Shown here: positions 37,388 through 47,627 of the stretch, piece by piece
Numbering within the stretch: position 1 is the stretch's first letter
Layout: the number at the start of each line of letters is the position of its first letter
IMG/VR virus record: IMGVR_UViG_3300027791_000007
Location: 84,444-148,443 of that record
Length of the DNA stretch: 64,000 nucleotides
Source of the DNA: a virus
Strand: one strand, 5' to 3'
The notes under the pieces: model-generated
The model's database searches: none
Told to the model about the DNA's origin: nothing
Seen by the model: the letters and a program-made list of their open reading frames with translations, nothing else
Translations under genes and position numbers: made by a program

Positions 37388-37687
37388 ATGACAACACACT
37401 ATGAAAAATACAAAGACACTATTAAAAAGGTTGCAAGAAGAAACTATCGCAAACGAGGCGTTTGGTTAAACAATATTCTAGCAAATCAGTCTTGTACACA
37501 CTGTGGTGAATCAGAAACAGTCTGTCTCAAATTCTATCCTCACGATAATGTAATTCGCTCTCAAACCAAAAGAAAAGGTATGAACGATGATAGCAGAGAA
37601 CAAATACAAGAATTGATTGATAACTCTAAGGTTGTTTGTTCTAACTGTTGGATTAAACTAGATAGTGATTTGATAGAATTTCTCTAA
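37388..37687 (+). CDS. Small HNH-like zinc-finger protein (possibly degenerate nuclease)
   Basis: CTHCGE...CLKF...VVCSNC; the only credible plus-strand gene, with its own late promoter. Confidence 0.7.
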   Translation: MTTHYEKYKDTIKKVARRNYRKRGVWLNNILANQSCTHCGESETVCLKFYPHDNVIRSQTKRKGMNDDSREQIQELIDNSKVVCSNCWIKLDSDLIEFL

Positions 37688-38235
37688 TCAATATTTCCAG
37701 CAACCATTACTCTGTCATGTTCACATTCTTGTGGTGGTACACAATGCATGTTATATTGATATTTATCATTTGCAAGTATTCCATTCCAAAAAATTAAAGT
37801 ATCTTCTTCTGGTATAATTTCTAAATTTCTTTGTTCAAATACTAAGGGTGAACACTTAGGACAACATTCTGCATAGTAAGTCCATGCCCATACAACACTA
37901 TGTATATGTGCTGTCGCTTCATCACCCCTCTGATATATTGCACCCCAACAATCTTTTGTTTCCCATCTTCTAGCATGTCCAGTAAAATAGTTTAATACAT
38001 CTATTACTGAGTCTGATATTTCCCCAAAGATTGGATTAAAATGATTCATATGCCAACTAGTTCTGTGTTCAGCGACTATATTGGTAGACTTGCCTGGATG
38101 ATTTTTTAAATTAAATGCATCATCTTTTATTATACTTTTGATTAGAAGTCTTTTATCCGTAGGTATATTTAACTTAACTTTACCAATTGGATGAATAGTC
38201 TCTAACAATTGGAGCCCACTTTGTTCCATATTCAT
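37684..38235 (-). CDS. 2OG-Fe(II) oxygenase-like protein
   Basis: WGAIY..GD....HIH, HCVPP, RVMVAGN. Confidence 0.75.
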   Translation of the reverse strand: MNMEQSGLQLLETIHPIGKVKLNIPTDKRLLIKSIIKDDAFNLKNHPGKSTNIVAEHRTSWHMNHFNPIFGEISDSVIDVLNYFTGHARRWETKDCWGAIYQRGDEATAHIHSVVWAWTYYAECCPKCSPLVFEQRNLEIIPEEDTLIFWNGILANDKYQYNMHCVPPQECEHDRVMVAGNID

Positions 38236-39817
38236 CTACCATCTCCCCAATATTTTCATCTTCTAAACCATCTACTATAAATCCGAAAGGAGCCATATCT
38301 TGTTCTATTTGGTTTTTATTTTCTTGTAACATGCGTTCTCGCATATCCATGTTAGTTAATTCTTTAAAATACGTTTGGTCAATCGACCATGCAAACATAA
38401 ACAAACATGCAACCAAATCATCGTTACATCCATCGTCTGCTTGAAAAGACGATCCTTTTACTATGAATGTTGATAATTCGTTTATCATATCATAATCTTG
38501 TACTATCATTTTATTATCTTCGATCATCTGTTTTAGATTAGAACAACCAATCTTCTTAACTGCTTTAGTTGTTCTTACCCCCAACTGTGCCTTACCACCA
38601 CTAAATCCACCACCCATGATTTGTCCAGCACGACCTCTCATAGATGCCATAACTAGATTATCATATTCTAAATCAAACTGTAATGTATTAGCAACTTGTT
38701 CACCGATATCATTTACCTCTACCAAAACAAATGCTTGATTATATGCTCTTGCAACATCATATATTTTTTGTGGGAACAATAGTGGTTTTATTTCGTTATC
38801 TCTGTACTTCGCACATATTTTATATGGTATCTGTGTTACGTCAAAAACAACAAAGGCAGAGTAATCACTCTCTACTCCTCTTGCAACGTCCACCGTCATA
38901 AAATAAGTATGATCTTTTTCTGGTGGATAATAAACATCCAAACCTTTATTAGATTGTATCGGAGTCTTATATGCAAGTTCTCTTAGTTTGCGTGGCGAAA
39001 TAAGTGTATCAATAGAACCTAAAAACTCACACTCAAACTCTGTGTTAAACTGTTGTTCACTTGTATTCGCAATAGTTTCTTTCTTCCATTTCTCATCTCG
39101 GCCTGGTACTTCTGACCAATGAACCTCAATAGGTATATAACTATTTCGTTTTTCTTCTGCTTCTGTCCATATCTTATAGAACATGTTCATACCGTGTGGT
39201 GTGGAAACAATCATAACCTTTGTTGTTTTACCAGAAGAAATGGTAGGATACACAGAACTAAAAAATTGTTCTGCTACGTTGCTGGGTACATATGCAAACT
39301 CATCCAAGAAAATAATATTATAAGAACCACCACGAACGGCAGATGCTGAAGTAGATGACGCCAAAATTTTAGAACCGTTTTCAAGTTCAAGACTCCCTTT
39401 GTTCCAAGACATAACTCCTTGTTGTAACCACTTGGGAAGATGTTCATACGCAAGTTGCAGTCTCCCCAATAAATCTCTCGCAGTTGCGGCCTTGTTTGCA
39501 AGTATAGCAATATTAACTGCTGGATTAAATAAAGCATAGTGTAACAAATACGACACCATTGTTGTGGACTTACCAGACTGTCTAGGTAATTTACATATAG
39601 TAAAACGATTACTGTGGAATGTACCAACCATTTCTTTTTGAAAAGGATACATCGTAAATGGTACTAAACCTTCATCAAGATTAATAATCTTCACATAGTT
39701 TTGAATAAAGTATAGTGGGTCTTCCATACAACTAGCATATTCTTGCAGTTCTTTCTTAGTCCAGTTCTGCTGTACATTGGCCTTTTTAAGATTTGGATTA
39801 CCTAGATAAGTTTCCAT
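38180..39817 (-). CDS. gp17: Terminase large subunit gp17
   Basis: YLGNPNLK, PRQSGKST, FLDEFAY, STPHG, DDLV. Confidence 0.98.
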   Translation of the reverse strand: METYLGNPNLKKANVQQNWTKKELQEYASCMEDPLYFIQNYVKIINLDEGLVPFTMYPFQKEMVGTFHSNRFTICKLPRQSGKSTTMVSYLLHYALFNPAVNIAILANKAATARDLLGRLQLAYEHLPKWLQQGVMSWNKGSLELENGSKILASSTSASAVRGGSYNIIFLDEFAYVPSNVAEQFFSSVYPTISSGKTTKVMIVSTPHGMNMFYKIWTEAEEKRNSYIPIEVHWSEVPGRDEKWKKETIANTSEQQFNTEFECEFLGSIDTLISPRKLRELAYKTPIQSNKGLDVYYPPEKDHTYFMTVDVARGVESDYSAFVVFDVTQIPYKICAKYRDNEIKPLLFPQKIYDVARAYNQAFVLVEVNDIGEQVANTLQFDLEYDNLVMASMRGRAGQIMGGGFSGGKAQLGVRTTKAVKKIGCSNLKQMIEDNKMIVQDYDMINELSTFIVKGSSFQADDGCNDDLVACLFMFAWSIDQTYFKELTNMDMRERMLQENKNQIEQDMAPFGFIVDGLEDENIGEMVDEYGTKWAPIVRDYSSNW

Positions 39818-40775
39818 AAAATTTATTTTCTCTTTCTATTCTTTCTTCTAATATATCAGTTGTTACTCTTTGGTAATAATTACTCTCTTTGCACCATTCA
39901 TTATATCTATCAACACATTCAGAAAAATTCTCTATCTTATTTCTTTTATCAAGTAAAGTATTCATTTTTAATGGAACACCCCACAAGAGTCTTTTCTGTT
40001 TTACTAGACTACTTATGTATTCTTCAAACCTTATAGATTTTAACAGTGAACCTAAACCAATATTATCAACACCAATATTACTAAGATTGTATGTTGTCTT
40101 ATTATATTCATCAAAACTTATACCTTTCATTTCATGTTCTATTCCAGTTAATTTCCAAAGCATATGGTCTGTATTGTATGCAAATTCATTATAATCAACT
40201 TCAATAGCTGTAGGAAAATACTTATCTACCCACCACTTATATCTAAGATACATTTTTAATTTTTTATTAAATAAATTTAAATCAACTTTGTAGTTTTCAT
40301 CTTTGACATTATTTCTATGTTCGTCTACACTAAAAACATTTCTAATCTTATTAGTATCCCTAATACCCCAACTTAAAGCGTATTCAAATGGATCTCTTGT
40401 ACAATAAAAAATCTTTTGATAATGTCTGTTTAAAAAAGGATACCACTCTCTTGTACCACCAGCTTTTTTACCAGCCATTACAGCTCTTTCTTTCATCACA
40501 TAATGTGCTAATCTAGAAACTAAAGAACTTCCAGTATTGTTTTCTAAAAGTTGTATAACTCTTTCTAGTGGTTGTCCATATCGTATATATGTGTAATCAG
40601 GGCCTCTAGGCACTTTGTGTACAATTTTTACAATATTATTATTGTATAATTCTAATCCTGCAGCTATTTCATGTGTATTAGTATAATCTAATCCAGCACT
40701 ATTTAAAAATACTGTAAGACTTCTTTGTAAGTAGGTTGAACCTACTCCATCTGGAGTCAATATCAAATAATTCAT
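39798..40775 (-). CDS. Sulfotransferase-like P-loop protein
   Basis: LILTPDGVGSTYL (5'-PSB-like loop); TRDPFEYALSW (3'-PB-like). Confidence 0.6.
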   Translation of the reverse strand: MNYLILTPDGVGSTYLQRSLTVFLNSAGLDYTNTHEIAAGLELYNNNIVKIVHKVPRGPDYTYIRYGQPLERVIQLLENNTGSSLVSRLAHYVMKERAVMAGKKAGGTREWYPFLNRHYQKIFYCTRDPFEYALSWGIRDTNKIRNVFSVDEHRNNVKDENYKVDLNLFNKKLKMYLRYKWWVDKYFPTAIEVDYNEFAYNTDHMLWKLTGIEHEMKGISFDEYNKTTYNLSNIGVDNIGLGSLLKSIRFEEYISSLVKQKRLLWGVPLKMNTLLDKRNKIENFSECVDRYNEWCKESNYYQRVTTDILEERIERENKFYGNLSR

Positions 40776-40778
40776 GCA

Positions 40779-41171
40779 TCACTTTCCCTTTAACATCTTT
40801 TGTAATTCAGCAGTTGAACCAACAAACAATGCATTAGTAACATTCTTAGGAGCATTACTGGGTACTTCTTTAAGTTTTCTCATCTTCTCTTGTAAGTCGC
40901 CCAACTTCTCTGTTACTTCTGCTACTTGTTTTATAAGATTACCAGCAACTTCATATGCTCTTGGATGATCAGATTCCTTTGCAAGTTCTAATATACCATC
41001 AATTGCATGAGAACCCTTTTCTACAAGATTATAAAAGTTCTCTCGTTGATACTTGTAATCATTGTCAACGTCACCCCAATCTTCTCTTTGACTTTTCTTT
41101 GGTGTAACATCTATAAGGTCTTTACCTTCTTCGATAGGTATACCCAGAGATTCTGCTATTTCAATACTCAT
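40779..41171 (-). CDS. gp16: Terminase small subunit gp16
   Basis: DYKYQREN, HPRAYEV, FVGSTAELQKML. Confidence 0.95.
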   Translation of the reverse strand: MSIEIAESLGIPIEEGKDLIDVTPKKSQREDWGDVDNDYKYQRENFYNLVEKGSHAIDGILELAKESDHPRAYEVAGNLIKQVAEVTEKLGDLQEKMRKLKEVPSNAPKNVTNALFVGSTAELQKMLKGK

Positions 41172-41173
41172 AA

Positions 41174-41968
41174 CTAACTACTAGGTTCGCCGTCCTCAAA
41201 GAATGAGGTCGTTTCATTAAATCCAAAATCATCATCATCTGCACTTGCAGTTGCTGGTGCTGGGGTAACACTATATTTCTGTTGTCTAGTTGGTGTATTC
41301 TCTGGTAAGTCAGTATACTGGTCAACTGTTGCAGTTTTGATAACTGCCTGTGACGTAACTGGGCCATATAAGTAAAATTTACATGTGAAAGATAAGTTAT
41401 AGATAACTGCCCTTCTCTCTGCAAAGTCTCCTTGATAACTATCCTCGTAACTGATATCGTTTAGAACAATAGGTACATCTCTTTTGATTCCCATATCAAC
41501 CATATCATTGATTGTCAATGTGTAGTCTGGTTGAAAGTATGGTAAAATTTGTTCTACGATTTGTAGTGCATCGTCTGATTGTTTTGCCATAATGTATAGT
41601 GTAAAATTCAAATTATATGGAACAGGCATATATTGCATATCCATTCTATTTGACTTATCATCACTACCACTATCTTTTACTCTTTTGAATTTCTGTACAC
41701 GATTTAATTTTCGTGTGGGATCATAAGTCATTCCAGTAATTTCAAATCCAATTCTAGGTAAAGTAATTGCAACCTTGGATGCTAAACTTGGGTCTTGATT
41801 AAGTCTAGATAAAAACTTTTGTTGTGGGCCATATGCCAATGGCACCTTCATTGATTGAGTCACTTTTCCGGCATTGTCTTTTCTAACAATACTAATATTA
41901 TTAAATAATGAACCGAAAGAGACTACCACTTTTCGCATACTTTCGTGGTAAAATTGTTGTCCTAACAT
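41174..41968 (-). CDS. gp15: Tail sheath stabiliser gp15
   Basis: FGSLFNNI, VPLAYGP, LPRIGFE, QIVEQILPYFQP. Confidence 0.96.
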   Translation of the reverse strand: MLGQQFYHESMRKVVVSFGSLFNNISIVRKDNAGKVTQSMKVPLAYGPQQKFLSRLNQDPSLASKVAITLPRIGFEITGMTYDPTRKLNRVQKFKRVKDSGSDDKSNRMDMQYMPVPYNLNFTLYIMAKQSDDALQIVEQILPYFQPDYTLTINDMVDMGIKRDVPIVLNDISYEDSYQGDFAERRAVIYNLSFTCKFYLYGPVTSQAVIKTATVDQYTDLPENTPTRQQKYSVTPAPATASADDDDFGFNETTSFFEDGEPSS

Positions 41969-41970
41969 AT

Positions 41971-42870
41971 CTAAGCTCCTGCATCACCAAATGGGTTTCT
42001 CTCACTGAAATCAAGAATATTCTCATTGGTTATTTGTTGTGTTATAAATTCATTTTGTGCCGACTTATCACTATCCATGTCACCTACTATATATTCTTCT
42101 GAAATTAAGTAACTGGTTGTTCCAGTATCAGCATCATTCTCTAACTGTAGAGAACCTATTTCATTCTCTAGTGTAAATTGATACACTAGAGCATCAGTAC
42201 TATTGACATCTTCGATAGAATCAATTGCTTCAATACCAGTATCTAATCTACTCATATCGTATTCGTACTGTCTGCATCTTAGTTTGTAAATAGGATTGTT
42301 ATCTAGTTGATGAAATGGAGCATCATGGTCAACAAAACCAATCTCAAACATTTTACCCAATACTGGATGATAAACCAAATCGCCTTCTAAAGGTCTATCT
42401 GCATCTGTAGCATCGGTTTCGTTTAGAAGATAATGATAATTTGATCCAAATGTTTCAAACTGTGTTCCATCGGTAATTGTTCTGGTTGCATCTTCCAGTT
42501 CGATTGAACCACCAGTAGTATCTGTACCATCTTCTATTGTAAACTGTTTAGTTAATTCTTGAAATCTTTCTTTATGGACAACAAATGTAATTTCATTTCT
42601 ATTGTCCAAACCAAACTGTGTCATTAATTCTTTATCACCAGCATATCCACTTTCGGCATCCTCAACATACATCTCTATGGGTTGTTGATTTCTATACTTT
42701 GCAAGAGAATCTTCACCAAGAACATTGTCTAAAGCTACAGCTGTTCTGTCCACATAATACACATCATGACCGTGTATTTGGATTGCTTCTTTTATCAAGT
42801 CTTTATATAGGTTTCTCTCACTTGCAATACTTGTTAAGTTACTCGTATGAAATGCCTTATTGACTGCCAT
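41971..42870 (-). CDS. gp14: Neck protein gp14
   Basis: EAIQIHGHDVYY, RPLEGDLVY, DFSERNPFG. Confidence 0.94.
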   Translation of the reverse strand: MAVNKAFHTSNLTSIASERNLYKDLIKEAIQIHGHDVYYVDRTAVALDNVLGEDSLAKYRNQQPIEMYVEDAESGYAGDKELMTQFGLDNRNEITFVVHKERFQELTKQFTIEDGTDTTGGSIELEDATRTITDGTQFETFGSNYHYLLNETDATDADRPLEGDLVYHPVLGKMFEIGFVDHDAPFHQLDNNPIYKLRCRQYEYDMSRLDTGIEAIDSIEDVNSTDALVYQFTLENEIGSLQLENDADTGTTSYLISEEYIVGDMDSDKSAQNEFITQQITNENILDFSERNPFGDAGA

Positions 42871-42873
42871 AGT

Positions 42874-43686
42874 TTATCCTATCATATAGTTAACTGGAGT
42901 TTCAAACATTAACTGTATTGTTTCTTCGAGTTTATTGATTTCTTCTTGGGCTTGTGAATAAATTGTTTCGCCATTCATAGTTACACCACCCAACATTGCG
43001 ACACCACTAAATTTTGAGAGGTTTGCACCCCACTGCCTTTTTATCAAAGCCGTTGCATATCTTTTTAGATAGATGTCATCGAATATATCTGTATAGGTTG
43101 ATGGATCTAGTTTACGATAACACTCAATGATTAAAAACTCATCTTTTGTTACTGCCTGAACATCCATATCCAGATATAATCTATTCTGGTGTTGGTTAAA
43201 TCTAATTGGAACTTCTCCTACCAATATGTGTGATAGATGATCTAATTGTTGCATAGTCATTTCATATGATATAATAGAAGTAGAACTAAAATCAAAAAGG
43301 TCATTTAATCTCATTTGATATCTAATATCAAACATACTGTTTGTGGATGAATCATCAAATGGAAAGATGTTTAAAACTGAAACCACAGAAGATGGCATCG
43401 GTATAAAATTTTGGCCTTCTAGAAAAGAACTAGTAATAGTACTGTCTACTGAATCTGTTCCAGTAGTGCTTGCATTAGTTGACCATCTTGTGATATCAGC
43501 AGATGTAATTTTATATTTTAAATACATTCTTTCAATACCATCGTAATGATACTGTGCAAAAAATTGTAGTGCTTCGTCTATTCTATCATCGCCTTGGTCA
43601 TCACTAATATTAATATCAATTACACCCTTACCCAGATTTCTAAGGCAATATTCTTTAAATGTAGATTTACTTGTTGGTATTGCCAT
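42874..43686 (-). CDS. gp13: Neck protein gp13
   Basis: YCLRNLG, YHYDG, KRQWGANLSKF, GGVTMNG. Confidence 0.95.
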   Translation of the reverse strand: MAIPTSKSTFKEYCLRNLGKGVIDINISDDQGDDRIDEALQFFAQYHYDGIERMYLKYKITSADITRWSTNASTTGTDSVDSTITSSFLEGQNFIPMPSSVVSVLNIFPFDDSSTNSMFDIRYQMRLNDLFDFSSTSIISYEMTMQQLDHLSHILVGEVPIRFNQHQNRLYLDMDVQAVTKDEFLIIECYRKLDPSTYTDIFDDIYLKRYATALIKRQWGANLSKFSGVAMLGGVTMNGETIYSQAQEEINKLEETIQLMFETPVNYMIG

Positions 43687-43688
43687 GT

Positions 43689-44045
43689 CTATTCCTCTAT
43701 ATTTAATATCTCTGTTACAGCATCATCAAAATGTGATGGATGCCCAGGGCCATCATGTCCATCTGGTTTTAACTTAAATGGTTGTGTTCCATTTGTCGCA
43801 GTTCTTCTAGCGGCTGTATCCCAAACTAGAGTACGCCACTCTTTTTTTTCATCTTCATCTCTGAACTTTATGACAATCCAAATGGCACCATTAGATAAAG
43901 TTTCAATACCCCATTTTACATAGTCATCGGATTTGCCATTCATAAAAGTAGTGGTTCTTCCTTTTTCAGCATCTGAAACAGCAGCATCTCCGCTCAATCC
44001 ACCTAAGTATCTGACCTGCATAGGATGAGTATATTTTTTTGCCAT
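43689..44045 (-). CDS. Hypothetical late protein
   Basis: ORF with GGAG RBS just downstream of late promoter 44070-44063. Confidence 0.55.
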   Translation of the reverse strand: MAKKYTHPMQVRYLGGLSGDAAVSDAEKGRTTTFMNGKSDDYVKWGIETLSNGAIWIVIKFRDEDEKKEWRTLVWDTAARRTATNGTQPFKLKPDGHDGPGHPSHFDDAVTEILNIEE

Positions 44046-44062
44046 GTAATTCTCCTTTATAC

Positions 44063-44070
44063 TATTTATA
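44063..44070 (-). promoter_or_regulatory. T4-type late promoter (neck module)
   Basis: TATAAATA. Confidence 0.7.
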
Positions 44071-44109
44071 AGAAAATATCACTCGTATTTTCTCCTACTG
44101 ATGGAAGTT

Positions 44110-44619
44110 TCATGGTTGTACACTCACTTCCCTTATTCTGTGTGGTTGTTTAATTATCCACTCAATAATATCAACAATATAATCTGGCGACATCTTTTTC
44201 TTTTCATTCCATTTTGGTTTGTCGACTCTAGGTGTGTCTACTAAACCCAATCTTAGATTCGTGATGTCGTGACCAAGGTGAAATAATTGTTCAGATGCTT
44301 TGTCTAATGCACCTTTCTCTACAGCATAAATATGTTTTTTATTTTTTATCCCATCACTAGAATTAGAACTTATATTAATAATTTTACCATCGTGTATATC
44401 CACAAGTTTATATAATAAGTTTACTTGTGAAAAACCATCATGTGCATTGTTAATAAAAATATCTGGTTCATATTCTTGTATTGCAAAAAGTATTTCCTCT
44501 CTATTATAATCATCTGATATGTCATGATCATTACTTCTTGAAAACCCCACAGTGTTTGGAAATCTTTTGCATATTGCTTTGCCTATGCCTGATGTATGTC
44601 CAGTTAATGCTATCTTCAT
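44110..44619 (-). CDS. Short-chain dehydrogenase/reductase (compact)
   Basis: TGHTSGIG, INNA, NISS, YAVEK. Confidence 0.85.
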   Translation of the reverse strand: MKIALTGHTSGIGKAICKRFPNTVGFSRSNDHDISDDYNREEILFAIQEYEPDIFINNAHDGFSQVNLLYKLVDIHDGKIINISSNSSDGIKNKKHIYAVEKGALDKASEQLFHLGHDITNLRLGLVDTPRVDKPKWNEKKKMSPDYIVDIIEWIIKQPHRIREVSVQP

Positions 44620-45062
44620 TACAAAACTCCTACTATGTGTGTTCTTACTTTGTGTCTGTGGGCATTTACTGCCGTATGTTCTCTTGTTGTGTCTAAAATA
44701 TAATGATTACCATTTGCTGGCATTTGTATTATTTCTTTCATCTCTACTACGAAAAAACATTTCATATTTGTTTCTATGGGTAAGTGAAATCTTTTTGTGG
44801 GGTCTTTATGATACGAATAGTTCTCTTTTGGGTCTAATCTTAAAACTCTAGTTCTAACTAAACTATGAACTTTCATAATTTCATTTATAATTGGTAGGTC
44901 AAAGATAGGATATGTTAGTTCACTTTCTTCTATAGACATGTCTTTTATTTTACCACATCCTAACATATAATCTTTATTACCTTTGTAACTCTGTAAACAT
45001 ATTTGTTTATCCCACTCTGGTAATGTTGATAATTCTTTTTTTATCGATTCTAAATCATGCAT
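44619..45062 (-). CDS. Aspartyl/asparaginyl beta-hydroxylase-like 2OG-Fe(II) oxygenase
   Basis: YSYHKD, RFHLPI, HTAVN, RTHIV. Confidence 0.8.
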   Translation of the reverse strand: MHDLESIKKELSTLPEWDKQICLQSYKGNKDYMLGCGKIKDMSIEESELTYPIFDLPIINEIMKVHSLVRTRVLRLDPKENYSYHKDPTKRFHLPIETNMKCFFVVEMKEIIQMPANGNHYILDTTREHTAVNAHRHKVRTHIVGVL

Positions 45063-46553
45063 AATCTATCCTAGCGTTTTTATTTAGTAAACCAAATAAT
45101 ACAATACCTATTCCCACGATTATACAGATACTAAGTGTGGGATGGTTAAACCAAATGTCATTACTAAAGTATTTATTATTATAAAAATACATACCTTGTA
45201 GTTTTTCTACGCCAGATAAAAACTGATCGTATATGATAAAGGATAAAATAAATGCCGGTCTACTAAATTTATATGTCCTCATACCCCAACCAATTATGGA
45301 CAAAATAAACATCAAGAATAAATCCTCCTCCCATGTAATCCACCCACTGTACGACAATGCTGTGTAGATGGTCAGTAGTGTCAGAGGTAATATCCACCAA
45401 TATGGGTTTATATATAAAACTTTTGAAAGATACCTTGCACCCCATATTAATGCTATACCAGCGAATATAGTTCCAAGAATATATCCCCAGAAGATTGTTC
45501 TAAAAAACTCTTTATCTTCTAATAGAGATGTAGTACCTACATCAAAACCTAAGTATACCCATAGCGCAGTTAAGTATGCATACATTTTATTGCCTGGGAT
45601 ACCAAAAAATAATGTGGGAAGTAATGCACCGATCTTACCAGAATTATTTGCCCCCTCTGAGCCTATTACACCTTTGATATTACCATTACCAAACTTCTCT
45701 GTTTTGTGAATTGAGCGTGTGATTGAGTATGACATCCAATCGCCAGTTCCACCACCACCACCAGGCATGATACCACCAATGAAACCTACCCATCCACCAA
45801 TCATTGCTGTCCATTTATATTTCCAGACATCAACAATACCTTCCCAAGTTTGTTTATTATGTTCTTTAATTTCTATCTTTTTAAATTCATGTTTTACGAT
45901 AAGTGTTTCAACCATCTCTGGTATAACAACAATCCTACACCCACAAGAACAAGTTTAACCCCATCGTTTAAATAAGTCCAACCAAGATTGTATGTTTCAT
46001 TTGTCCATTCGTTCAAACCAATTTGAGATAACCAACATCCAAATAGTACTGCAGCGATACTTCTCACTGTATACTTACTTGTTATGACAGCGACTAAACA
46101 AAAGGATAAGAATAAAATACCAGTTAACTCTGGCGTTCTTACAGCGTCATTGATTTCCATGTACAGAGGAAAGAATGAGAACCCTATAAGTCCAAAGATT
46201 AGTCCGTTCATCATTGATGTGAAGAGTGCAGAAGATAAAGCATAAGATGCTCTACCTTGTTTTGCAAGTGGATATCCATCCACCATTGTTGCAGCCGTTC
46301 CGTTTGCTCCAGGCACACCTAGTAGAACACTTGCATAAGAATCACCTATGGAACATGCAACAACTGTAACCATAGAAAAAAGGACAAAGAGATACTCTGC
46401 CCCATCAAAAAAATTTACTACACCGAATAGTAAGAGAATTGCTTTACCAGCACCAGCAGATGGTACAAGTCCAATAAGACCACCATAAACACAACCTAAT
46501 GTGATTATGATGGCCCATTGATAAACTTCTTCTAGTTGAAGAATGTACTCCAC
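45055..46553 (-). CDS. tctA: TctA tripartite tricarboxylate transporter permease, split by a single-base frameshift near 45928 (ORFs 45894-46553 and 45055-45915)
   Basis: GLVPSAG, SVLLGVPGANGTAATMVDGYPLAKQGRA, GVIGSEGANN, PTLFFGIPG, SRPAFIL; restoring one T gives GLFVIPE, like canonical GLFAIPE. Confidence 0.88.
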
Positions 46554-47608
46554 TTGATAGTCACCTTCTCACCAAAAACTTCTCTTGTAGTTTTGATATC
46601 ATTAAGCAATTCTTTACTGTTGATCGCACCAAAGATTGCAAGTTTAGAGTTGTTAGCATCAACACCAAGTGCCCATGGATATTTACCTAGTTTCTTATCT
46701 AATGACTTTCTACTAGTTTTGTTTTTCAACATAGCATCAAACGTCTTGATTAGAACATCAGTATGTGGATTATTTTTTGGAAAAAATACAGTTTTACCCA
46801 AACCACTTCTTGTCTTTAGAATAATTGCATATGCATCATAATAACGACCAGACGGTACTTGACCCCACTTCTCTTCATAGACAGTATTAAACCATTTCTC
46901 TGGCATAGCAGGATCTGGATTAATCTCTCCATTTAAAGAAACCCCATGAGTGTACCAGACTTGAGTTTTCCCAGATTTGATACCACCTTTATAGGTTTTA
47001 ATCATATGAGAAAACCCATCTCTTGTGACATCAATCTCACCGTTAAGAAATGCCTTTCGTCTATCTCCAGACCCTTTCCATCCCTTAACTTGTCTCATGT
47101 TAGACTTAGAACATTCGACTAACTTATCGAAATCCATCGGCCCACATAACATCATAGCAATTGACATTGCATCGACAATCGTTTCTGAACCACCACCAAT
47201 ATGAATGGCTGGTAACTCTGGAATAACTTTCTTTGCAAAAACAAAAGTTCCTTGGTTTTGTGCAATGATTGTTGCAAATGCTTTAGGGTCAAATCCACCC
47301 CAACCATTACCAGAAGTAATGTATTTAATCATACCACGACTTTGAATCATAGTCTTACCATTTTTTGCAAAGTTATTATTAAACTCAGCAAATGTTTTCT
47401 TTGGGTCACCAGGCATGTATCTAATCACAACCTTATGTCCTTCAGCTTTAAGAAATATGTTCCACTCTTTTACAACTCTTTGAGCCCATTTAGCATTACC
47501 ACCCTCTGGCCCTGCTGGAACGATGTATGTAAAGGTTTCTGCATGTGCCGTAAGAGACATAACAATCAACCCATAACAAAACAAAATAGATAATAGTAAA
47601 CTTCGCAT
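46532..47608 (-). CDS. tctC: TctC/Bug-like periplasmic substrate-binding protein
   Basis: Signal peptide, YIVPAGPEGG..KWAQ, YMPG, GWKGSGDRRKAFLNGEID; adjacent to tctA. Confidence 0.75.
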   Translation of the reverse strand: MRSLLLSILFCYGLIVMSLTAHAETFTYIVPAGPEGGNAKWAQRVVKEWNIFLKAEGHKVVIRYMPGDPKKTFAEFNNNFAKNGKTMIQSRGMIKYITSGNGWGGFDPKAFATIIAQNQGTFVFAKKVIPELPAIHIGGGSETIVDAMSIAMMLCGPMDFDKLVECSKSNMRQVKGWKGSGDRRKAFLNGEIDVTRDGFSHMIKTYKGGIKSGKTQVWYTHGVSLNGEINPDPAMPEKWFNTVYEEKWGQVPSGRYYDAYAIILKTRSGLGKTVFFPKNNPHTDVLIKTFDAMLKNKTSRKSLDKKLGKYPWALGVDANNSKLAIFGAINSKELLNDIKTTREVFGEKVTIKWSTFFN

Positions 47609-47627
47609 TTTAAATTTTCCTTTTCAA

